A stretch of DNA of 58,367 nucleotides. Source: an uncultured bacterium. Lineage in GTDB: Bacteria; Krumholzibacteriota; Krumholzibacteriia; JAJRXK01. The position numbers and the translations under genes were made by a program. The notes below the pieces were generated by a model. The model was given only the letters and a program-made list of their open reading frames with translations. It was not told where the DNA came from and ran no database searches. This document shows, in pieces, positions 44,723 to 54,011 of the stretch (position 1 is its first letter; every line of letters begins with the position of its first letter). The stretch is from contig CAZQHE010000005.1 of the NCBI GenBank assembly GCA_964593155.1, positions 1 to 58,367 on the forward strand, given 5' to 3'.

Positions 44723-45502
44723 ATGGGACGGACGGTGGTCGTTCCCGAACGGGTACCGCGTATCGTGTCCCTGGTGCCCTCGCAGACCGAACTCCTCTAC
44801 GACCTCGGCCTGGACGCCGCGGTCGTGGGTCGCACGAGTTTCTGCATCCATCCGCGGGAGAAGGTCGACGGCGCCCGGGTCGTGGGAGGAACCAAACGCT
44901 TTCGCTTCGACGTGATCGACGAACTCGCCCCCGATCTGATCATCGGGAACAAGGAGGAGAACTACGTCGAGGGGATCGAGCGTCTCGCCGCCTCGTATCC
45001 CGTGTGGATGAGCGACATCGAGACGCTCGACGAAGCCCTCGACATGATCCGCGCGGTGGGGCATCTGGTTCATCGCCAGCAGCGCGCGGACACCCTGGTC
45101 ACCGAGATCGACGAGCGATTCCGGGCGCTCGCTCCGGCGCGCCACCGCCGTCGCGTGGCCTATCTGATCTGGAGACGGCCGTACATGGCCGTGGGCGCGC
45201 ACACCTTCATCCACGATCTGCTCGGTCGCTGCGGATTCGACAACGTCTTCGCGACGCCGGAGCGGGCCCGCTATCCGGAGGTGTCGCTCGACGAGATCCG
45301 GGCCGTGTCGGCCGATCTCGTCCTCCTCTCCTCCGAGCCCTTTCCCTTCGACGAACGGCACCGCGAGGAGCTGGCCGACCTTCTTCCCGACGCCGACATC
45401 CGTCTGGTCGACGGAGAGATGTTCTCGTGGTACGGAAGCCGGTTGTTGCTCGCGGGCGAGTACCTGAGGAAGTTCGTCGTGTCCCTCGGCGAGGTCCGCT
45501 GA
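44723..45502 (+). CDS. TroA/BtuF-like class III periplasmic-binding-protein fold protein (helical-backbone metal/cobalamin receptor) without signal peptide
   Basis: Start MGRTVVVPERVPRIVSLVPSQTELLYDLGL; an alternative GTG start lies 39 nt upstream. The fold signature IVSL.PS.TE and DLIIGN is present. No hydrophobic leader. Confidence 0.6.
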   Translation: MGRTVVVPERVPRIVSLVPSQTELLYDLGLDAAVVGRTSFCIHPREKVDGARVVGGTKRFRFDVIDELAPDLIIGNKEENYVEGIERLAASYPVWMSDIETLDEALDMIRAVGHLVHRQQRADTLVTEIDERFRALAPARHRRRVAYLIWRRPYMAVGAHTFIHDLLGRCGFDNVFATPERARYPEVSLDEIRAVSADLVLLSSEPFPFDERHREELADLLPDADIRLVDGEMFSWYGSRLLLAGEYLRKFVVSLGEVR

Positions 45503-45582
45503 ACGATCCGTTCCGGGTGTTGGCGGGCCTGTGGCATACTCGGAGGTGACGGGAGACATGCCCCCTCGCCGAAGAGAGACCG

Positions 45583-46434
45583 ATGCGCGTCCTGCTGGCG
45601 TCCCTTCTGCTCATCGCCCTCGCCGTCGCCGATGCCCCGGCGCGCGACGAGAGTCCGATCGTGATCGTGGAACTCGCCGACGGATCCACGCTTCGTGGTC
45701 GGGTGGTGGCCGAGGACGACACCGCGATCGTACTCCTGTCGTCGTCGGCCGGACGCGTCGAGATCCTGCGCACCGAGATCCGCTCGCTGCGCGAGATCGA
45801 CGCCACCGACGAGCAACGACCGGGGCGCGATCCCGACGTCAACACGGTCTTCTTCACGCCGACACCGGAGACGATCGGCGAGGGCAATCGATACTTCCGG
45901 AACTTCCTGCTGTTCTTCCTGAACGCCGGCTTCGGCGTGACCGACGACCTCGACATCAGTGTCGGGACGTTGTTCCCCATCTCGACCGAGCTGCTCAGCC
46001 TGAGCGGCGGGGCGAAGTGGCGTCTGCTCTCGCGCACCGAGGCACCGGTCGGCTTCGCGCTCACCGCGAACGCGACCGTGATCGAGGACTACGCCTTCGG
46101 CTTCGCCGGCGGCGTGGTCGGAGCGGGGGACGACGAACGCAGCCTGAACGTCGCGGTGGGACGCAGCTTCACCGAGGACGGCGACGACGACGGCCTGGTG
46201 TTCCTGGTGGGGGCGGACGTCCGACTCGGCGACAGCACCAAGTTCCTGATCGAGTGGGGCAACAGCAGCGACGCGATCGAGGAGAACGGCGACGCGTTCA
46301 CCGGCTTGATCAACCTCGGAATCCGATGGCACGGCGAGCGGATCAGTGCTTCGCTCACCGGACTCCGCCCGCTGGTCGACGCGGGCGACGCACTGCTCTT
46401 CCTGCCCATGACCATGGTTTCGGTGCATTTCTGA
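45583..46434 (+). CDS. secreted hypothetical protein, beta-rich (possible outer-membrane protein)
   Basis: Signal peptide MRVLLASLLLIALAVADAPA. Alternating beta-strand pattern. C-terminal VSVHF. Confidence 0.55.
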   Translation: MRVLLASLLLIALAVADAPARDESPIVIVELADGSTLRGRVVAEDDTAIVLLSSSAGRVEILRTEIRSLREIDATDEQRPGRDPDVNTVFFTPTPETIGEGNRYFRNFLLFFLNAGFGVTDDLDISVGTLFPISTELLSLSGGAKWRLLSRTEAPVGFALTANATVIEDYAFGFAGGVVGAGDDERSLNVAVGRSFTEDGDDDGLVFLVGADVRLGDSTKFLIEWGNSSDAIEENGDAFTGLINLGIRWHGERISASLTGLRPLVDAGDALLFLPMTMVSVHF

Positions 46435-46477
46435 GGGCGGGGCTCTCCGGGTGCACCGGCACGAGAGGAGAGCTGCG

Positions 46478-47389
46478 ATGACGAACACGAGCCATAGCCC
46501 CCTGCTGGGTTCCAAGATCGGGATCTTCGGCAAGGGGGGAGCGGGCAAGAGTACGGTGACGGTATTGCTCGCCCGCGCCCTGCACCGACAGGGCCACGAG
46601 GTCGTGGTGGTCGACGCCGATTCCACCAACGTCGGCCTGGCCGAGGCCCTGGGCTTCGAGCGGACGCCGACGCCCCTGGTCGACCACTTCGGAGGCATGG
46701 TCTTCGGCGGCGGTGCCGTGACCTGTCCCGTGGACGATCCCACTCCGCTGCCGGGAGCAGACCTCGATCTCGACAGCGTCGACACGACCTATGTCGGGCG
46801 CACCGAGGGAATCCGTCTGCTCGTCCTCGGCAAGATGGGAGGTCTGGGAGCGGGATCCGGCTGCGACGGACCGATCTCGAAGATCGCCCGTGATCTGCGT
46901 CCGCACGAGGGCGACCGCGACGCAGTCACCCTGCTCGACTTCAAGGCCGGCTTCGAGGACTCCGCGCGTGGAGTGCTGATCGGGATCGATGCCGCGGTGG
47001 CCGTGGTCGACGCGACACCAGCGGCGGTGCACATGGCGGCCGACCTGACCCACGCCGTCGACGCGGTCCGCCAGGGAGCGCTCCCGGCCACGGCCCACCT
47101 CGGAGATGCCGCGCAGGTCGAACTCGCCCGCCAACTGTACCGGGGAGCGCGCGTGCGGGGGGTGGTTCCCGTGCTCAACCGAATCGGTGACGCGGAGACG
47201 GAGCACTTCGTGCGCGGTCGCCTGCGAGAGCTCGGCGTCGAGCCGGCGGCGACGATACCCGAGACGCCGCAGATCACCCGTGCCTGGATGCAGGGCGAGA
47301 CGCTCGGCGCCGACGAGTTCCGGCAGCCGATGGATCGGGTGATCGAGTCACTCGAGGAAGTACTCATGGTGGGTGGGGAAAGCCCCTAG
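46478..47389 (+). CDS. CooC/MinD-family P-loop ATPase with degenerate metal-binding motif
   Basis: Deviant Walker A GKGGAGKST. CooC-like DADS and RLLVLG. The expected CxC motif reads AGSGCDGP, with a single Cys. Confidence 0.65.
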   Translation: MTNTSHSPLLGSKIGIFGKGGAGKSTVTVLLARALHRQGHEVVVVDADSTNVGLAEALGFERTPTPLVDHFGGMVFGGGAVTCPVDDPTPLPGADLDLDSVDTTYVGRTEGIRLLVLGKMGGLGAGSGCDGPISKIARDLRPHEGDRDAVTLLDFKAGFEDSARGVLIGIDAAVAVVDATPAAVHMAADLTHAVDAVRQGALPATAHLGDAAQVELARQLYRGARVRGVVPVLNRIGDAETEHFVRGRLRELGVEPAATIPETPQITRAWMQGETLGADEFRQPMDRVIESLEEVLMVGGESP

Positions 47390-47486
47390 AGGGCCGAGGA
47401 AACATTCCCGATGCAAGCAGGGCACGGGCTGACCCAACGTTCGAACGAAGGGAGTTCTCGGAGAACCCCGGAACAGGAGGACAGTC

Positions 47487-48686
47487 ATGGGAAGTGAGGG
47501 TCTTCGCAAGCAGGTGCAGAGTCTTCTCGACCGGGCCGGGGTCGAACTCGACGGATCCCGTCCGTGGGATCCGTCGATCCACGACGAACGCTTCTTCGCC
47601 CGCGTGCTGTCGCAGGGCTCCCTCGGTTTCGGCGAGTCCTACATGGACGGCTGGTGGGACTGCGAACGCATCGACCAGCTCGTCGAACGCCTGAAGCGCG
47701 CCCGGCTCGACCGCGCCGTCCGCGCGCGCCCGCCCCTGTGGAGCCTGCTGAAGGCGAAGGTCCTCAACCTGCAGTCGCGCGCCCGGGCGTTCGAGGTCGG
47801 CGAACGCCACTACGACCTGGGCAACGACCTCTACGAGTCCATGCTCGATCGGCAGATGATCTACACCGGTGCGGTGTGGGACGGTGCCACCGACCTCGAC
47901 ACGGCCCAGGAGCGCAAGCTCGAGCGCGTGGCCCGCAAGCTGAAGCTGCGTCCCGGTCATCGAGTTCTCGACATCGGTTGCGGTTGGGGAGGCACCGCGA
48001 AGTACCTGGCCGAGAACCACGGCGCGCGCGTCGTGGGCGTGACCGTGTCCCGCGAGCAGCAGCGTCACGGCCAGGAGCTGTGCCGTGGCCTGCCGGTCGA
48101 GATCCGCCTGTGCGACTACCGCGACGTGCACGAGACCTTCGACCGCGTGGTCTCGCTGGGCATGATCGAGCACGTCGGCCAGCGCAACTACCGTACCTAC
48201 TTCGACGTGGTGCGTCGATGCCTGCGCGACGAGGGTCTGTTCGTGCTGCAGACGATCGGGGCGTCCGAGGCCGAGCCCGAGCCCGACCCCTGGATCGAGC
48301 GCTACATCTTCCCGAACTCGATCCTGCCCTCGGTCAAGCGTCTGGGCGACGCCTTCGGCGATCGCATGGTGCTCGAGCACTGGGAGAACTTCGGGCCGCA
48401 CTACGATCGCACGCTGATGGCGTGGCACGAGAACTTCGAACGAGCGTGGTCCTCGCTGCGCGAGCGCTACGACGAGCGCTTCCGCCGCATGTGGCGGTTC
48501 TACTTGCTGTCGTGCGCCGGCGCCTTCCGGTCGCGGGCGATCCAGCTGTGGCAGATGGTGTTGTCGCCCGAGGGAGTCGTCGGCGGGTACCGCTTCGATC
48601 CGCCCCGCTCAGAACGCCTCGAGGAAGGCCAGGTAGAATCCGGTGCCTCCCTGGTCCGAGAAGCCCAGGTCGGCGCGGACGTGTAG
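47487..48686 (+). CDS. cfa: cyclopropane-fatty-acyl-phospholipid synthase
   Basis: SAM-binding VLDIGCGWGG. CFA synthase motifs (MIEHVG, ERYIFPNS, WENFGPHYDRTLMAW). Confidence 0.85.
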   Translation: MGSEGLRKQVQSLLDRAGVELDGSRPWDPSIHDERFFARVLSQGSLGFGESYMDGWWDCERIDQLVERLKRARLDRAVRARPPLWSLLKAKVLNLQSRARAFEVGERHYDLGNDLYESMLDRQMIYTGAVWDGATDLDTAQERKLERVARKLKLRPGHRVLDIGCGWGGTAKYLAENHGARVVGVTVSREQQRHGQELCRGLPVEIRLCDYRDVHETFDRVVSLGMIEHVGQRNYRTYFDVVRRCLRDEGLFVLQTIGASEAEPEPDPWIERYIFPNSILPSVKRLGDAFGDRMVLEHWENFGPHYDRTLMAWHENFERAWSSLRERYDERFRRMWRFYLLSCAGAFRSRAIQLWQMVLSPEGVVGGYRFDPPRSERLEEGQVESGASLVREAQVGADV

Positions 48687-49718
48687 GTTCTCCTCGGTGC
48701 TCAGTTGCAGGCGTGCGCCCACGCCGTACACGGCGTGCAGGTCGCCGAGCGACAAGGCGTCGAGGCCGTTCACGACACGTCCGACCCCGGTGAACACCAC
48801 CGCCCCGAGCCGCTTCCAGTGACCGGCGCGTACCTCCGCCTGCAGGGTGTACAGCGTGCGGTCGCGAAATCGGCCGCCGAAGTATCCGCGCAGCAGGTTC
48901 GCGCCACCCAACGAGGGCAGGCGGTCGAAGGGCACGTCGCCCGCCGTGTGGCGGAAGGTGAAGCGCGTGGCCAGGATCGGGGCGCCCGGCCAGCCCTCGC
49001 CGATCGCCCGAAACGATCGCAGGTCGATCTGGTGGGCCGTGTGGTCGGTATCGCTGCCCAGGGCGGACGTGCTGACGTCGGTGGCGGCCTGTAGCCACCA
49101 TCCCGAGCGCGGATAGAACACGTGGTCGCGGCCGTCGTGGATCAGCGACCAGCCGACCTGCACGATGCCGGTGCCGTCCCAGCCGGTCGGCCGCAGGCTC
49201 TCCAGGCGACCGCCGTCGACCCTCCGGACCATCTCCTGGGTCCGGGCGTAGACTCGCGGTCCGGTCCGCCACCGTCCGCCGAACTCGTACTCCAGCAGGG
49301 CACTCGCTTCGAATCCACGTGGCGTGTAGACCTCCGACCCGCCCTCCCGAGTGTCGTTGCCGAAGCCGAAGAAGTCGGCCGGGAATTCCTGGAATCCGAC
49401 CAGGGCCTCGAGGTGCCAGCGTTCGCGGTCGAAGTAGCGCTCGAACTCCGCGGCGATCGAGTACTGGTCGCGCGCGGTGTAGATGAACAGCAGCCCCGAG
49501 TTCTCGCTGCGCGCGCCCTCGACCTGCCGCCGGGTGATGAAGCTCAGGGAGGCTCCGCCACCGAGTTCCGTCTCGTCCTGGTAGAACAGGAAGGGGAAGG
49601 GGACGATCGTGAGCGAGCGGCCGGGATCTGCGCCGTCCTCCGCGGGTGCCGGCGCCGCGACGGTGAGGACGACGAGACAGACGAGGGTGTGGAGACAGCG
49701 GATCGCGGTCGGACTCAT
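48609..49718 (-). CDS. outer-membrane beta-barrel protein (Omp85/surface-antigen-like)
   Basis: Signal peptide. Amphipathic beta strands. C-terminal YLAFLEAF with terminal Phe. Overlaps the cfa 3' end by 78 nt (convergent). Confidence 0.6.
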   Translation of the reverse strand: MSPTAIRCLHTLVCLVVLTVAAPAPAEDGADPGRSLTIVPFPFLFYQDETELGGGASLSFITRRQVEGARSENSGLLFIYTARDQYSIAAEFERYFDRERWHLEALVGFQEFPADFFGFGNDTREGGSEVYTPRGFEASALLEYEFGGRWRTGPRVYARTQEMVRRVDGGRLESLRPTGWDGTGIVQVGWSLIHDGRDHVFYPRSGWWLQAATDVSTSALGSDTDHTAHQIDLRSFRAIGEGWPGAPILATRFTFRHTAGDVPFDRLPSLGGANLLRGYFGGRFRDRTLYTLQAEVRAGHWKRLGAVVFTGVGRVVNGLDALSLGDLHAVYGVGARLQLSTEENLHVRADLGFSDQGGTGFYLAFLEAF

Positions 49719-49884
49719 CGGGCGTCTCGGGACTCGGGGCTGGGGTGGAGGGAGTGGCCTTGCTCTCGCCCGGCATTGTAGCCTGATCCGCGTCCCGTTG
49801 CAGGCCCGGGTGCGCCGTCGCGCCGGCGCTGGCCCGGAGGTGAGCCTCGCGCCGGCGCGGGGCGGTCGCGGCGCATTATCCGGA

Positions 49885-50157
49885 TCAGCCCTCGTCGACG
49901 ATGTAAACCTCGTCGTGCTCCCGCACGTGATCGCCCACCTTCACTCCGACGCTCTCGCCGGGATGGGCCTCGTTCACCGGATGATGATCGATCTGCATCG
50001 AGCGGATCGGCTGCATCAGGTCGGTGGTGTGGCCGATGATGTGGACCCGGTCGCCCACGCGCAGATCGCCGTCGGTGAGGTCGATCGCGGCGACTCCCAG
50101 GTGGGAGTACCAGTGCGAGACGGTTCCGATCCTGTGTTCACTGATCTCGTTCATGGC
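49885..50157 (-). CDS. small EF-Tu-domain-2-like beta-barrel protein
   Basis: Start MNEISEHRIG. Pattern GDLRVGDRVHIIGHT...GESVGVKV is typical of elongation-factor domain 2-like barrels. Confidence 0.5.
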   Translation of the reverse strand, partial: AMNEISEHRIGTVSHWYSHLGVAAIDLTDGDLRVGDRVHIIGHTTDLMQPIRSMQIDHHPVNEAHPGESVGVKVGDHVREHDEVYIVDEG

Positions 50158-50311
50158 TTCGCCTCCAGCGTGAAGAGACTCTGCCGGGACTCGTTCCATT
50201 GAAGCACACCGAGGTCGCGGGCCGCTTGATGCCATTCGATCATTTCCCCGGTGGCCCGGGATCTGGTCTCCTCCGGGGTGTCACGGCACGCCCGGAACGG
50301 GAGGAGTCGTC

Positions 50312-50719
50312 ATGACCATGGCCATGCTCGCGGTACCGGTAGGACGTCGCAGGACCACGCGGCTCGACGTCGGCGTGCCGGCGCCCGTGCTGCACGTCGA
50401 CGTCACGGCCGGGCCCACCGAGATCACGTGGCAACTCGACGCCGGCAGCACCTTCGGCCCCCACGACCGACTGGTGGTGGTGGCCAAGGATGATCCTCTG
50501 GATCCACCTCCGAAGGACTATCCACCGGTGTCCTGGCCCTTCCTGCGTGGAGGGGCCGACCACGAACTGCGCGGAGACGAGGGCATCGATCTGCTGGCGA
50601 GCGGTCCGCTCCGCCCCGATCTCGACCGGAGCGTGTGGGCCTACGAGATCCAGATCCGCGATCGACACGACGAGGTGGTGGCGACGAGCGATCCGTGGAT
50701 CGTGGTCGAGAAGCCCTGA
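50312..50719 (+). CDS. hypothetical protein (135 aa)
   Basis: Protein-like composition (TEITWQLDAGSTFGPHDRLVVVAKDDPLDPPPKDYPPVSWPF). No family recognised. Confidence 0.45.
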   Translation: MTMAMLAVPVGRRRTTRLDVGVPAPVLHVDVTAGPTEITWQLDAGSTFGPHDRLVVVAKDDPLDPPPKDYPPVSWPFLRGGADHELRGDEGIDLLASGPLRPDLDRSVWAYEIQIRDRHDEVVATSDPWIVVEKP

Positions 50720-50791
50720 GTCAGCCGTCGCGCGACGCGGCCTCGGTCTTGGCCGAGCGCACGTGTGGCGTTCGCCTGCAGCGCGCCGCAC

Positions 50792-52657
50792 TCAGTTCTG
50801 GTGGTGCAGTGCACGCAGGAACCGTTCGCCGTAGCGGTCGAGCTTCTTCGCGCCCACGCCGTGCAGCGAGCCCAGCCCGTCCAGGTCGACCGGTCGGTGC
50901 CGCGCCATCTCGGCCAGGGTCCGGTCGTGGAAGATGACGTACGCCGGGACGTTCTGCTCCTGGGCGATGTGCTGGCGCAGCGCGCGCAGACGTTCGAAGA
51001 GCTCTTGTTCGGCCCCTTCCAGGGCAACAGCCGCCGCCGGGGACGCCGTCCGAGCTGCCGCACGGCCCGGCTTGCGCGCGGGTTCCGGAGTGGGTCGTTC
51101 GACCTTCAGCTCGACGCTTCGTTCACCACGCAGCACTTCCCAACTCGCTTCGGTGAGACGCAGGACGCCCTTGCCGTCGACGTCCACGCGCAACAGGCCG
51201 GCCGCCACGAGCTGCCGGGCGATCGAGCGCCAACCGTGGGCGTCGTGCTCGGGACCGATTCCGAAGGTGCTCAGCCGGTCGTGTCCGAAGCGCGTGACCT
51301 TCTCGGTGGTTCGTCCGAGGAGAACGTCGATCACGTGGACAACGCCGAAGCGCTCACCCGCGCGACGCACGCAGCTCATCAGTTTCTGCGCGGCCTCGGT
51401 CGCGTCACGGGTCTCCGGAGGCGACTGGCAGTTGTCGCAGCAACGCTCCCGGATCGTGCCGTCGACCGACGTGTCGTCGAAGTAGCGCAGCAGACCGGTG
51501 CGGCGGCAATCCGGGCTCTCGGCCCAGCCGACCAGTTGCTCGAGCTTGCGGCGTTCGGTCAGGCGGTGTCGGACCGGAGTGCCGTCGTCGTCGTTCACCG
51601 CTCCGATCATCTGCGATGTCCGCACGACGTCCTGCCATCCGAACAACATCCAGCAGTCGGCGGGCGCACCGTCGCGGCCGGCACGGCCGGTCTCCTGGTA
51701 GTAGGCCTCGAGCGAGCGGGGCACGTCGAGGTGGACGACGAAGCGTACGTCGGGCTTGTCGATCCCCATGCCGAAGGCGATGGTCGCGACGACGACGACG
51801 CCGTCCTCGCGCAGGAAGCGACGCTGCACCGAGGCGCGGTCGGCCGACTCCATGCCGGCGTGGTAGGCATGCGCGTCGACGTCCTCCTGGCGCAACCAAT
51901 CGGCCACCTGCTCGCACTTCCGTCGCGTGCCGCAGTACACGATCCCTGCCTCGGCCCGGTGTCGGGTGACGATCCACCGGACGAGTTGACGGCGGGCGTC
52001 GATCTTCGGGGTGACCGCGTACTCCAGGTTGGGCCGGTCGAAACCGGTGACGAAGACGTCGTCCGGCGACAGGTCCAGTTGGGCCGCCACGTCGCGTCGG
52101 GTCGGGGCGTCGGCCGTGGCGGTCACGGCCAGACACGGGACCTGCGGCCAGCGCTCGCGGAGTCGCGACAGCTCGCGGTACTCGGGCCGGAACTCGTGAC
52201 CCCACTGGCTGATGCAGTGCGCCTCGTCGATGGCCAACAGCGACCACTCCGTGGTGTCGGCCACCGACAGGAACCGCTCGGTGACCGCCCGCTCCGGCGC
52301 CACGTACAGCAGTTCCAGGGCTCCGGCCCGCAGGCGTGCGAGCACGTCGTTCTGTTCCGCCCACGACTGCGAGGAATTGAGGAAGGCCGCCGGCACGCCC
52401 AGCTGTTCGAGCGCATCGACCTGGTCCTGCATGAGCGCGATCAGGGGCGAGATCACCAGTCCCGTGCCGGGGCGGGTGATCGCCGGGATCTGGTAGCACA
52501 GGGACTTGCCACCGCCGGTGGGCATGACGAGCAGCCCGCTGCGCCCCTTTTCGACGTGGGCGATGATCTCGGCCTGCGAGGGGCGGAAGTCGGTGTAGCC
52601 GAAGAGATCGGTGAGGACGGTCCGGGCGTCGGCGGAGACGTCGCGTTCGGTGGTCAT
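50792..52657 (-). CDS. recQ: ATP-dependent DNA helicase RecQ (with RQC and HRDC domains)
   Basis: Start MTTERD. Helicase motifs GGGKSLCYQIP, DEAHCISQWGHEFRP, VTATA. Zn-binding Cys cluster. C-terminal HRDC (QNVPAYVIFHDRTLAEMA). Confidence 0.9.
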   Translation of the reverse strand: MTTERDVSADARTVLTDLFGYTDFRPSQAEIIAHVEKGRSGLLVMPTGGGKSLCYQIPAITRPGTGLVISPLIALMQDQVDALEQLGVPAAFLNSSQSWAEQNDVLARLRAGALELLYVAPERAVTERFLSVADTTEWSLLAIDEAHCISQWGHEFRPEYRELSRLRERWPQVPCLAVTATADAPTRRDVAAQLDLSPDDVFVTGFDRPNLEYAVTPKIDARRQLVRWIVTRHRAEAGIVYCGTRRKCEQVADWLRQEDVDAHAYHAGMESADRASVQRRFLREDGVVVVATIAFGMGIDKPDVRFVVHLDVPRSLEAYYQETGRAGRDGAPADCWMLFGWQDVVRTSQMIGAVNDDDGTPVRHRLTERRKLEQLVGWAESPDCRRTGLLRYFDDTSVDGTIRERCCDNCQSPPETRDATEAAQKLMSCVRRAGERFGVVHVIDVLLGRTTEKVTRFGHDRLSTFGIGPEHDAHGWRSIARQLVAAGLLRVDVDGKGVLRLTEASWEVLRGERSVELKVERPTPEPARKPGRAAARTASPAAAVALEGAEQELFERLRALRQHIAQEQNVPAYVIFHDRTLAEMARHRPVDLDGLGSLHGVGAKKLDRYGERFLRALHHQN

Positions 52658-52847
52658 GGATCCTGGCGAGGAAGCGTCGGTGAGCGGAAGGCGCCGCCGC
52701 AGCATCGCGGCTGGCGGGCCACGGCGTCAAGGCCACGGTCCCGGGATCTCCCGATGGAGCCCGTCACACCTTCACCCTTCCTCCCCGGCCGCGCCCGGGA
52801 GGACTCTTCATGACGTGGAATGCATCTCGAACCGGGAAGGGGAAGGC

Positions 52848-54011
52848 ATGGCCTCCGGTGGAACCACGCGTTGGCTGCGGCGTCTCGGGATCCTGGTCGT
52901 GATCGTCCTGGCGATCGTGGCGCTCCGCGTCACCGTGTTCCGCGAGGATCCGATCGAGGTCGAGGTCTTCGAGGCGGAGACGGGACGGGTGGAGTCGACG
53001 GTCGTGAACTCCCGGGCCGGCACGGTCGAGAGCCGTCTGAGGGCGGGCATGAGTCCCGGGATCTCGGGCCTGGTCGCCGAGATCCCGGTGGAGAAGGGTG
53101 ACCGCGTCGAGGCACGCGAGCCCCTGCTGCGGATCGACGACGCCGAGCACCGGGCCAACGTGCTGTTGGCCGAACGCTCACTCGAGGCCGCGCGCGCGAC
53201 GGCCGAGGAGGCCTGCCTGTCGGCCGAACAGACCGCGCGCGACCTGCGGCGCACGCAGAACCTCTTCGAGCGCGCCCTGTCGTCGGACCAGGAACTCGAG
53301 GACGCCCAGACGCGAGCGAGCGTCACCGCCATCGAGTGCGAAGCCGCCCGTGCCCGCGCGCGCCGCGAAGAGGCCTCGCTCGAGTCGGCGCAGGCCACGC
53401 TGGCCAAGACGGTCATGCGCGCCCCCTTCGACGGCGTCGTCCTCGACGTGACCACCGAGGTCGGCGAGTGGATCAGCCCGTCGCCGCCGGGCGTCATGAT
53501 CCCGGCCGTGATCGACGTCATCGCGCCCGACTCGCTGTACGTCAGCGCGCCCATCGACGAGGCCGACGTGGCCGAGGTGCGCGTGGGACAACCCTGCCGC
53601 ATCACGCTCGACGCCTACCGCGATCGCTCCTTCCCCGGCCGCATCACCTACGTCGCCAGCTCGGTGGTCAGCGAACGCGAGGAGAGCCGGACCCTGCTCG
53701 TCGAGGCCGTCTTCCTCGAGCAGGACCTGCCCACGAATCTGCTCCCGGGTCTTTCGGCCGACCTCGAGATCATCCTGACCGCCCACGAGGACGTCCTGCG
53801 GATCCCGACCTATGCGCTGGTCGAGGGAGACCGCGCACTCGTGGTCGAGGACGGAAGTCTGGTGTCACACGAACTCGAGATCGGCCTGCGGAACTGGGAG
53901 TACGTCGAGATCGTCGACGGGCTCCGGGAGGGTGACCGCGTGGTGACGTCGCTCGACCGTCCCGAAGTGGTGGCCGGCGCCCGCGTGACCGTCCGGCAGA
54001 CTGCGCCATGA
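52848..54011 (+). CDS. efflux transporter periplasmic adaptor subunit (HlyD/MacA family)
   Basis: Start MASGGTTRW with a TM anchor. Coiled-coil region followed by beta-barrel motifs. Confidence 0.8.
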   Translation: MASGGTTRWLRRLGILVVIVLAIVALRVTVFREDPIEVEVFEAETGRVESTVVNSRAGTVESRLRAGMSPGISGLVAEIPVEKGDRVEAREPLLRIDDAEHRANVLLAERSLEAARATAEEACLSAEQTARDLRRTQNLFERALSSDQELEDAQTRASVTAIECEAARARARREEASLESAQATLAKTVMRAPFDGVVLDVTTEVGEWISPSPPGVMIPAVIDVIAPDSLYVSAPIDEADVAEVRVGQPCRITLDAYRDRSFPGRITYVASSVVSEREESRTLLVEAVFLEQDLPTNLLPGLSADLEIILTAHEDVLRIPTYALVEGDRALVVEDGSLVSHELEIGLRNWEYVEIVDGLREGDRVVTSLDRPEVVAGARVTVRQTAP

